The notes under the pieces were generated by a model. It made no database searches. It was given only the letters and a program-made list of their open reading frames with translations, and was not told the origin of the DNA. Below are positions 56,310 through 64,000 of a stretch of 64,000 bases of DNA, one piece after another. The first letter of the stretch is position 1. Every line of letters begins with the position of its first letter. The position numbers and the translations under genes were made by a program. Source of the stretch: Deltaproteobacteria bacterium (GTDB lineage Bacteria; Chloroflexota; Dehalococcoidia; Dehalococcoidales; BS750m-G39); assembly GCA_030603275.1 (NCBI GenBank), contig JAUVYB010000001.1, positions 19,832-83,831 on the forward strand, in the 5' to 3' direction.

Positions 56310-57785
56310 TTATTTCTCAGGCAGGGAATCGGTGAAAACAATCTCTCTGGGTACCTTATAGTTAGCCAGTCGCCCGAGGCAAAACTTTTTTATCTCCTGT
56401 TCGGTAGCCACCTCACCCGGCTTTAACCTGATGATAACCCGGGGCGTCTCCCCACGCACTTCATCACGTATACCCACCACCCCCACTTCAGCCACCTTGG
56501 GATGACCGGCCAGCACATATTCAATATCGCCGGGATAGATATTCTGTCCCTTGGCGATCATCACGTCCTTCTTCCTGCCCGCCGACAGAAACAGCCACCC
56601 CTCCTCATCAACCCGCCCGATGTCACCGGTATAAAGCCAGCCACTCTTTATTACTCCAGCAGTCGCCTTAGGGTTATTATAGTACCCATTCATTATCGGC
56701 CCCCTGACAATTATCTCACCCGGCTGGTTTGTTGGCAGTTCCCTGTTGTCATCGCCCACCACCTTCAGTTCCCAACCGGACAAAGGCTTCCCCACCGAGC
56801 CCGGCTTTCCCCCACCATCAGGGGACTGACAGGTAACATGAGCCGCCGATTCGGTCATACCCCAGAAATCAACCGCGGTAAAGCCCAGATACTGCCCGAT
56901 TTTGTGCGAAATATCAGCCGGCATAGCCGCCCCCGCCGTACCCCACAAACGGATAGAACTCAGGTCATGTTTTATTCCCTCGGCCTCAATAGCATTAACT
57001 ATTAAGGTATGGACAAAGGGCACAGCCATGAAAATGGTTGCCTTCTCCTTCTCAATAACCTCCATAAGATTGCCGATGGATAAACCGGGCACTATTACCA
57101 CGGTGCTACCCTTGGTAATTGCGGTCATTAATATTACCACCAGACCAAAGGCATGATGCATGGGCAGGGCGAACAGCACTGCTATATCCTTATCGGTCTG
57201 CCCAAATCCATCGCCTGACATTGCTGCCTCCCTGACCAGAGCCTGGTGGGACATCATTACCCCTCTAGGGTTAAAGCTGGGCCCTGAAGTATAAGCAATA
57301 TGGGCTATATCCCCGGGCGCCACCTCTACCACCACCGGCTCCGCCGAACCGGTAGCCATAATCTGCTCATAACTAAGAAACTGCCCCTCACCATCACCAC
57401 CCACCTCTATAACGTGAGCGATGGACTTAAAACCCGGCAGTGACTGCGCTATGAGCTTTAAAAGAGGGCTTTCCGCCACCAGCACCCTTGGCTGAGAATC
57501 ATCAAATAAAGAGGCTAATTCAGCAAGCTTATACTTGGTATCCAGGGGAACCGCAATACCGCCAATCTTGACCACGCCGAAGTAGATAGTGGCAAACTCC
57601 GGTCTATTGGACATCAGCATAGCCACCCGGTCACCCTTGCCCACCCCCATCCCGATTAAGGCATTGGCTATCTTATTCGAGGCTTCATCCAGCTGGGCAT
57701 AGGATAAACGGCTATCGCCCATAGCCACCGCCGTCTTCTTTCCATACCTTTTCACTACTTCATCTAACATCAGCTTCAAATTCAT
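56310..57785 (-). CDS. AMP-dependent acyl-CoA synthetase/ligase
   Basis: 491 aa with the AMP-binding motif variant YTSGPSFNPRGV, plus GWLYTGD and KKDVMIAKGQNIYP. Confidence 0.88.
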   Translation of the reverse strand: MNLKLMLDEVVKRYGKKTAVAMGDSRLSYAQLDEASNKIANALIGMGVGKGDRVAMLMSNRPEFATIYFGVVKIGGIAVPLDTKYKLAELASLFDDSQPRVLVAESPLLKLIAQSLPGFKSIAHVIEVGGDGEGQFLSYEQIMATGSAEPVVVEVAPGDIAHIAYTSGPSFNPRGVMMSHQALVREAAMSGDGFGQTDKDIAVLFALPMHHAFGLVVILMTAITKGSTVVIVPGLSIGNLMEVIEKEKATIFMAVPFVHTLIVNAIEAEGIKHDLSSIRLWGTAGAAMPADISHKIGQYLGFTAVDFWGMTESAAHVTCQSPDGGGKPGSVGKPLSGWELKVVGDDNRELPTNQPGEIIVRGPIMNGYYNNPKATAGVIKSGWLYTGDIGRVDEEGWLFLSAGRKKDVMIAKGQNIYPGDIEYVLAGHPKVAEVGVVGIRDEVRGETPRVIIRLKPGEVATEQEIKKFCLGRLANYKVPREIVFTDSLPEK

Positions 57786-57966
57786 TACTCAGCTTCCTCC
57801 AGTACAATCCAAGCCTTTACAGCTATAGCATCATCGTTATCAGGCGAAAAACCAGGTTGAAGGATTAACCTGTAGTGTAGCAGATTTTGCCAGCTTTGCA
57901 AAGCAAAATGATAGCGCCATAAACCCTTTGCTGAAATTTTACCCGCATGCTAAAATAAGACTAGCC

Positions 57967-59082
57967 ATGAAGAAAATGAGTCTGAAATATCTACTGGCCT
58001 GTCTGGTCATAATTGTATCTCTTTTTGTTGCCAGCGGCTGCCCGCTGCCGCCGATAGTCACCACCCCACCCACCATCCCACCAGCAGACTCTACCGCTAA
58101 CCCTATTGACCCCGGCTGGACGCCGCCATCAACAGACGGCCAAGCGCTGATATTACCCTCTATTGCCGATGTGGTGGCTCTGGTCAGGCCTTCAGTAGTG
58201 GCCATCAATACCGAGTATACCGGCTATGATATTTTCAACCGCCCGTTTACCCAGCAGGGGGCCGGCTCGGGGTGGATTATAGATGAGGACGGGCTTATCG
58301 TGACCAATAACCACGTGGTAGAGGAGGCTGATAGCGTCACCGTAACCCTGGTTGACGGCCGGACTTTCTCCGCCGAAACGGTGCGCACCGACTGGCTTAG
58401 CGACCTGGCTATAGTCAAGGTTAATGCCGGTAACCTGCCGGCGGCAAAGGTGGGCGATTCGGACACGCTGCGGGTTGGTGACTGGGTGGTGGCTATCGGC
58501 AATTCACTGGGCCTGGGGATAAGCGCCACCGCAGGCATTGTCAGCGCCCAGGAGGTTTCTCTCTCCGTATCGGCGGGGCAAACCCAGGAGGACCTTATTC
58601 AGACCGATGCCGCCATCAACCCGGGTAACAGCGGTGGACCACTGGTGAACATGTCCGGCGAGGTAATCGGCATCAACAGTATCAAGATTGCCCAGGTGGG
58701 GGTAGAGGGTATGGGCTACGCCATAAGCAGCAACACGGCCCAGCCAATTATCCAGCAGCTGGTGCAAAAGGGATATGTGATTCGCCCCTGGCTCGGGGTG
58801 GGGCTTCATACCGTGGACGAGTACGCCGTATTGAGATATGACCTGGCCGTAGACGAAGGGGCGCTCATTACCGAGGTGGCTGTTCCCAGCCCCGCCTCCG
58901 AAGCTGGAATGGAAGCCGGCGATGTCATTACCGGCTTTGAGGGCGAAGAGATAACCAGCGCCGATGATTTAATCCAAGCGATACACTCACACGAAATCGG
59001 ACAGAGCGTAGAAATAACCTTCTGGCGAGGCAATATCCAGAACACCACCCAAGCTACCCTGGTGGAAAGACCGCCGTCTTAA
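57967..59082 (+). CDS. htrA: HtrA/DegP-family serine protease with PDZ domain, probable lipoprotein
   Basis: Catalytic GNSGGPL, His and Asp contexts, and a C-terminal PDZ domain. I chose the ATG at 57967 (MKKMSLKYLLACLVIIVSLFVASGC), whose signal ends in a lipobox-like cysteine. Confidence 0.88.
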   Translation: MKKMSLKYLLACLVIIVSLFVASGCPLPPIVTTPPTIPPADSTANPIDPGWTPPSTDGQALILPSIADVVALVRPSVVAINTEYTGYDIFNRPFTQQGAGSGWIIDEDGLIVTNNHVVEEADSVTVTLVDGRTFSAETVRTDWLSDLAIVKVNAGNLPAAKVGDSDTLRVGDWVVAIGNSLGLGISATAGIVSAQEVSLSVSAGQTQEDLIQTDAAINPGNSGGPLVNMSGEVIGINSIKIAQVGVEGMGYAISSNTAQPIIQQLVQKGYVIRPWLGVGLHTVDEYAVLRYDLAVDEGALITEVAVPSPASEAGMEAGDVITGFEGEEITSADDLIQAIHSHEIGQSVEITFWRGNIQNTTQATLVERPPS

Positions 59083-62000
59083 CTAAAGCCGCTTAACCCC
59101 CAGTGCTATGTCATAGCCACTCAGTTTATGGCTTTCGGCAAAAACACCCTCTTCGGGAACCCCCTCAACCAGCTCGCGGGAAAGCGTCTCCTGCTTGATA
59201 TAGTCGGCAAAATCGGCCATTACCTGCCTGATGTAAGCCTCCCCCTGATAATAGGTGGTAATATGGTCGGCAATATCAAATCCGGCAGAGCGGCGCATGG
59301 TCTGCAACCTTCTCACTATCTCCCGCGCCACCCCCTCCGCCCGGAGTTCGGGAGAAATCTCAAGAGAAATGGCTGAATTACAAGGACTTTCACCAACAAC
59401 CACATAACCATCCTTAGTAAGTGCCGCCACATTTTCAACAGTATCGTATTTCAATTCTTTCACATTCATCTCTTCCAATATCTGTGGCTTAACCCTCTCC
59501 AAACTCTCTCGCCCTTTCAAATCAATGCCGACATAATTAACTGCCAGGGGCTGGCGCACCTTGATACCGGCCTGGCTCCTGGCTGCCCGTCCCAAGCTTG
59601 ATACCTTCATGGCCAGCCGTATATCTTCACCAAGCTGTTTATCAATCTTACTCTCATCCGCCACGGGGAAATCGGCCAGGTGCACGCTATCCGGAGCCTC
59701 AGTAAACACCGAACAGACCAGGTTCTGATACATCTCCTCAGCCAGGAAAGGAATAAAAGGCGCCAGCAGCTTTGCCAGCGTAACCAGACACTCATACAGC
59801 GTGCTATAGGCCGCCAGCTTATCGGCGTCGCTCTCGCTCTTCCAGAAGCGCCGCCGGCTGCGGCGCACGTACCAGTTGGACAGGTCGGCAACAAAGCCCT
59901 CTATCCTTCTCCCCGCCTCGGTGGGATTATAACCGTCCAGCCCGCTATCAACATCAACTATAAGCTGGTTAAGCTCGGAGATAATCCACCGGTCAAGCTC
60001 CGATAATTCTACTGAAACTCCCTCCCCGCCGGGGGTAAAGCGGTCGATGTTGGCGTAGGTGACAAAGAAGGAATAGACATTCCACAGGGTAGATAAGAAG
60101 CGGCGGCTCACCTCGGCCACCATAGACTCATCGAAGCGATAGACGTTGCCCGCCGCCGTGCTGGTGAAGAAATACCAGCGCAGGGCGTCAGCCCCGTACT
60201 TATTGATTACCGCCCAGGGCTCAACCACGTTCCCCTTAGCCTTGCTCATCTTCTCCCCTTTGGCATCAAGGACGTGCCCCAGGCAGATGACATTGCTGAA
60301 ACAGCGGCGGTTAAACAGCAGGGTAGCTATGGCATGCAGGCTGTAAAACCATCCCCGCGTCTGGTCAACCGCCTCGCTGATATAATCGGCGGGAAGGCGT
60401 CCATCTTCAAGCAGGTTCTCATTCTCGTAGGGATAGTGATGCTGGGCTATGGGCATGGCTCCGGAATCAAACCAGCAGTCGATTACCTCGGTCACCCGCC
60501 GCATCTTTCCTTCACACTTTTGGCAATCAAAGGTCAGCTCGTCAACAAAGGGTCGGTGCAGGTCTAAAGGCTCTTTGAACCCGGACAACCCCGGCTTTTT
60601 CTCCAGTTCCTTTATACCACCCACACATTCGTAGCTGCCGCAGGACTCACAGCGCCAGACCGGCAACGGCGTCCCCCAGTACCTCTCCCGGGAGAAAGCC
60701 CAGTCAACATTATTTTGCAGCCAGTCGCCAAAGCGCCCGTGCTTGATATGCTCCGGGTACCAGTTTATCTCGTCGTTATGGGCAATAAGCTCATTCTTTA
60801 CCGCCGTGGTCCTGATATACCAGGTCTGCTTTGCGTAGTAGAGAAGGGGTGCCTCACAGCGCCAGCAGAAGGGATAGGTATGGCGTATCTTTTCACTGCG
60901 GAAGAGCAAATTTCTTGACTCAAGGTCAGCGATAATGTCTTTATCGGCATCTTTAACGAATTTGCCTGAAAAGGGATAACTACCGGTAACAATACCCTGT
61001 AAATCCACGGTGTGGATAAAATCAAGGTTATTTTCTATACCGGCCTCATAGTCAACCTCACCGTAAGCCGGCGCCATATGTACTATCCCCGTCCCCTCAT
61101 CCATAGATACGAAATCGGTAGCAATTACCCGATAGGTCAACTTCTTATCGGCTTTTTGCAGTTGCAACTCCGAACTTCCCTGAAATCTTCTTCTTTCCAC
61201 CCCGAACTCATGGGGGTTAAACAGGGGTTCATACTCGGCACCCACCAGCTGTCTCCCCTTTAATTTCTCTTTTACCTTATAATCATCAAGCCCAACTGCA
61301 TCAAGTCGCGCCGATGCCATAATAAGATACTCTTTATCATTTCCCACCACCACGTACTCCGCATCAGAAGCCACCGCTAAGGCTGTATTACCCGGCAAAG
61401 TCCAGGGAGTAGTCGTCCAGGCTAGAAAATAGGTCGGCTTATTTTTAGACAACCCCTCCGGCAGCCCTTTAATTATTTTAAACTTTATGTAAACCGAGGG
61501 GTCTTCGGTGTCATCCCGGTAACCTAAAGCGACCTCGTGGGAGGAAAGAGAAGTTCCGCAGCGGGGGCAGTGGGGAGTTACTTTATAGCCCTGATAGACC
61601 AGCTCCTTATCCCACATCTGCTTTATCGCCCACCAGACGGTCTCTATGTAGTCGTTATTCATGGTGACGTAGGCGCTATCCAGGTCAACCCAGAAGGCAA
61701 TGCGCTCGGTTATCGCCTCCCACTCTTTAAGGTAGCTAAAGACGCTCTCCCGGCAGCGGGCGTTAAACTTGTCTATGCCAAAGTCTTCGATATCCTTTTT
61801 ACTGGTAAGACCGAGCGCCTTCTCCACCTCAAGCTCTACGGGCAGACCGTGGGTATCCCAACCGGCAATACGCGGGGCATAGTAGCCCTTCATCGTCTTA
61901 TAGCGGGGTATAATATCCTTGAATACCCGGGCCAGCACATGATGTATCCCGGGGCTGCCGTTAGCCGTCGGCGGTCCCTCATACAAGACGAAGCGGCGCC

Positions 62001-62112
62001 CGTCCCGCCGGGCCTCTACGCTCCGCGCAAAGACGTTTTTATTCTTCCACAAGACGGATATCTTTTCCTCAAGCTGTGGAAAATTCGTCCTGCTATTTAC
62101 CGGGTGGAACAT
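59083..62112 (-). CDS. ileS: Isoleucyl-tRNA synthetase
   Basis: 1009 aa, class I aaRS, with HIGH variant PTANGSPGIHH and KMSKS as KMSKAKGN. Zinc-binding cysteines are in the C-terminal half. Confidence 0.96.
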   Translation of the reverse strand: MFHPVNSRTNFPQLEEKISVLWKNKNVFARSVEARRDGRRFVLYEGPPTANGSPGIHHVLARVFKDIIPRYKTMKGYYAPRIAGWDTHGLPVELEVEKALGLTSKKDIEDFGIDKFNARCRESVFSYLKEWEAITERIAFWVDLDSAYVTMNNDYIETVWWAIKQMWDKELVYQGYKVTPHCPRCGTSLSSHEVALGYRDDTEDPSVYIKFKIIKGLPEGLSKNKPTYFLAWTTTPWTLPGNTALAVASDAEYVVVGNDKEYLIMASARLDAVGLDDYKVKEKLKGRQLVGAEYEPLFNPHEFGVERRRFQGSSELQLQKADKKLTYRVIATDFVSMDEGTGIVHMAPAYGEVDYEAGIENNLDFIHTVDLQGIVTGSYPFSGKFVKDADKDIIADLESRNLLFRSEKIRHTYPFCWRCEAPLLYYAKQTWYIRTTAVKNELIAHNDEINWYPEHIKHGRFGDWLQNNVDWAFSRERYWGTPLPVWRCESCGSYECVGGIKELEKKPGLSGFKEPLDLHRPFVDELTFDCQKCEGKMRRVTEVIDCWFDSGAMPIAQHHYPYENENLLEDGRLPADYISEAVDQTRGWFYSLHAIATLLFNRRCFSNVICLGHVLDAKGEKMSKAKGNVVEPWAVINKYGADALRWYFFTSTAAGNVYRFDESMVAEVSRRFLSTLWNVYSFFVTYANIDRFTPGGEGVSVELSELDRWIISELNQLIVDVDSGLDGYNPTEAGRRIEGFVADLSNWYVRRSRRRFWKSESDADKLAAYSTLYECLVTLAKLLAPFIPFLAEEMYQNLVCSVFTEAPDSVHLADFPVADESKIDKQLGEDIRLAMKVSSLGRAARSQAGIKVRQPLAVNYVGIDLKGRESLERVKPQILEEMNVKELKYDTVENVAALTKDGYVVVGESPCNSAISLEISPELRAEGVAREIVRRLQTMRRSAGFDIADHITTYYQGEAYIRQVMADFADYIKQETLSRELVEGVPEEGVFAESHKLSGYDIALGVKRL

Positions 62113-62266
62113 CCTAAAAACTCCTCTACTAAGAGACCAACCACCATGAGTAAAGTCATGTCGGCGTTACCCATATTCGCTTATTCGGGCTCGCCAGTAA
62201 ATAAACCGAAAGGCAAATCGTGGTTCTCACTGGCTGACACCATGGGCACGCCGCTTACATCTGGGG

Positions 62267-63057
62267 TCAACGACGGTTCCACCACTCGAGGTAGATCCGC
62301 ATCAGCACTGGAGAGGGATCGCACAGAGGCCCAAGGTACTTAATTGGGTAACCAATGCCTCTTGCCTTAAGCGCCTGTAATCCTTCGACGGCCTTGGCCA
62401 TCATTTCCGGTGGTAGCGCCATAACCATCTCATCCTCGGTAACGGCGCCGAACGCCCTCTCTCCCATGCAGGGAATAGCCAGGGCCGGCTTGCCGGTGGT
62501 ATAACACTGAGCCAAGCCATCGGCGCAAGATCCTTCGCCGATGAAAAAAAAAACTGAAAACGCTCGTAGTCTTTAAACTGGAGCGCGTTCATCAGCAACA
62601 TCATCTGCGCCGGATTAGCGTAGATTAAGATAACATCGGGGTCAAATTTCCCGGCAGCCAGCGGGGCAAGCGCGATGGCCTCTCCGGGTGGAACCAGGGG
62701 ATATTCCGCCATTTGTTTCCTGGCCTCTTCTACGTTGGCAAACCAGGTATTGGCGAAGGAATCTGCCTCCCAGGCAACCTGCTTTTCGGTAGTCGGCGCC
62801 AAGCCATTGATTCGAGCGCAGCGGTCACCGAAGTTGTCTCTGGTCGCCCCTACCGTCATGCCTATAGTCCGAACCAGCGCCGGTACCTGGCAAAAAGAAG
62901 CTCGGCGCTCAAGCCGCACTACCTCCGGTATTTTCTCCAGCTCCTCCACCTTATCCAGTCTCTTGTAGGCAACCGGGCTTGTCTTCAAGCGAAGCAAAAG
63001 CTCCATCTCCTGGGTAAGTCCCGCCCAATCAATCACCGAGGCTCCTTTTTCCCCCAT
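62267..63057 (-). pseudogene. DUF169-family gene interrupted by a frameshift in a 10-nt homopolymer
   Basis: Frame A (63057 down to 62401) and frame B (from about 62540 down to 62267) together give one DUF169-like protein. The reading ...ERFQFFF / IGEGSCADGLAQCYTTGKPALAIPCMGERAF... joins at A10 (62544-62553; T10 on the coding strand). Confidence 0.75.
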
Positions 63058-63096
63058 TCGCTACCTCCTTTTCCCGGCTATTTACCGGATGACAGG

Positions 63097-63765
63097 TTAT
63101 AGCTCCTTGGGCATAATAACCACCTTACGAACCTCACCCACACCGGTGCTTTCGGTGATAACATCGGGGTCATCAGCCAGAGTCAGGTGGATAATACGCC
63201 GCTCATAAGCCGGCATCGGCTCCAGGGCAAACTGCTTTTCCCTCTCCTTAACCTGCTCCGCTATACGCCAAGCTAAAGTCTGCAAAGCACTATAGCGGCG
63301 CTGTTTATACCCCTCCACATCAACAACTATGGGCACCCGAGCCTTCATCTGATGAGCCACGATAAGCCTGACCACATGCTGTAGAGCCGCCAAGGTCTGC
63401 CCCCGCCGGCCAATCAAGATACCAAGGTCATCACCGGTCACATTAATAGTAATAACCTCGGACGCCTCCGCGCCCTGCTCAAACGGAGGTTCGGCTTCAG
63501 GCACCGCCGATGCCTCCACCCCCAGCCGAACCAGAAGATTCTCCAGGGCCTCCCTGGCCACCCCAACTATTTCACTTCTCTCCTCCGGTTCCATCACCAA
63601 AGACCTTACCCTGACTACAGCCTCCTCGGCTCCCAGCCCCAAAATGCCCGACTTACCCTCTTTTACGACGGTGACTTCGGCCTTTTCTCGGCTGACGCCT
63701 AGTTGCTCTAAGGCTTTTTGTATAGCCGCCTCCATGGTCGGGGCGCTTATCTCCAGACTCTTCAT
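63097..63765 (-). CDS. jag: Jag/KhpB-like RNA-binding protein (Jag_N, KH, R3H)
   Basis: Starts MKSLEISAPTMEAAIQKALEQLGV, with a KH-like core and a C-terminal R3H region (YERRIIHLTL). I moved the start from 63816 to the ATG at 63765. Confidence 0.88.
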   Translation of the reverse strand: MKSLEISAPTMEAAIQKALEQLGVSREKAEVTVVKEGKSGILGLGAEEAVVRVRSLVMEPEERSEIVGVAREALENLLVRLGVEASAVPEAEPPFEQGAEASEVITINVTGDDLGILIGRRGQTLAALQHVVRLIVAHQMKARVPIVVDVEGYKQRRYSALQTLAWRIAEQVKEREKQFALEPMPAYERRIIHLTLADDPDVITESTGVGEVRKVVIMPKEL

Positions 63766-64000
63766 CGCTCGAACCTTCTTCCTGTGTCGAACTCGGCACG
63801 ACAATATCAGCACCAAGTGAAGGAAACTCCTCTACCTGGGCGATGCGTTCCTTATACTTTTTATCCCTGCCCGCCGGCTTCTTGGGTTCTGACTTAACCA
63901 GACCTCCCCACCCGCCGATAAAATACTGCATGCCGATTCGGAAGACATTGGAAGTTACCCAGAAAATAGCCAGCCCGCTGGGAAATGTCATTGTCAACCA
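63653..64000 (-). CDS. yidC: Membrane protein insertase YidC, C-terminal part (5' end outside the window)
   Basis: PSGLAIFWVTSNVFRIGMQYFI matches the last conserved YidC helix. The frame is open to the window edge and runs to a stop at 63653, inside jag. Confidence 0.8.
   Translation of the reverse strand, partial: WLTMTFPSGLAIFWVTSNVFRIGMQYFIGGWGGLVKSEPKKPAGRDKKYKERIAQVEEFPSLGADIVVPSSTQEEGSSDEESGDKRPDHGGGYTKSLRATRRQPRKGRSHRRKRG

Noticed and set aside
62113-62400. Possible T-box leader upstream of ileS. The minus-strand sequence GAGTGGTGGAACCGTCG at 62271-62287 resembles the T-box core.
   Set aside because: Once the DUF169 frameshift is resolved, this sequence lies inside the DUF169 coding frame (...YLEWWNRR stop at 62267). 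The remaining 154-nt ileS leader has no T-box sequence, AG bay or clear terminator.
1-64000. Search for CRISPR arrays, rRNA genes, IS elements or transposases, toxin-antitoxin pairs and known defence-system genes.
   Set aside because: I found no repeat-spacer periodicity, no rRNA-like sequence, no transposase or intact integrase ORF, and no recognisable defence gene. The only repeats are the coding 54-bp repeat in rplL and the duplicated CoA-transferase genes.

Overview
Densely coded bacterial chromosomal window, roughly mid-50s % GC by eye, with most genes on the minus strand. I saw no rRNA, CRISPR array or intact mobile element. T-box regulation and the tuf-rpmG-secE-nusG arrangement are compatible with a Chloroflexota-like anaerobe, but lineage cannot be proven from this window.

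Main blocks:
- 1-4270: DNA repair genes (sbcC 3' part, an HD hydrolase, uvrA).
- 4428-16431: divergent iorAB, then an 8-gene minus-strand operon. It encodes two paralogous family III CoA-transferases, a two-subunit enzyme of the benzoyl-CoA reductase / 2-hydroxyacyl-CoA dehydratase family, two different activator-type ATPases, and a GlcD/GlcF-like flavo-FeS oxidoreductase. This is the best candidate for an undescribed system.
- 16785-20345: an AT-richer GNAT-like gene, comM/yifB and an MFS transporter.
- 20545-29400: a translation cluster (tRNA-Thr, tRNA-Tyr, gap, tRNA-Thr, tuf, rpmG, secE, nusG, rplK, rplA, rplJ, rplL). It is interrupted between rplA and rplJ by two thiolase-like/DUF35 gene pairs. 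Its rplL carries a repeat-encoded N-terminal extension.
- 29526-42681: one promoter and one Trp-type T-box leader in front of 14 tightly packed genes. All seven shikimate-pathway genes are nested between trpEGDCF and trpBA.
- 42709-45489: a split PEP-synthase-like pair resembling phenylphosphate synthase PpsAB.
- 45736-64000: tRNA-Glu and tRNA-Gln, then housekeeping genes (rnc, acyP, moeA, mobA, an M42 peptidase, plsY, degV, padR, fabF, an acyl-CoA synthetase, htrA, ileS). These are followed by a DUF169 gene frameshifted at an A10 tract, jag, and the 3' end of yidC.

All functional calls come from motifs and family resemblance read by eye. No database search was run.
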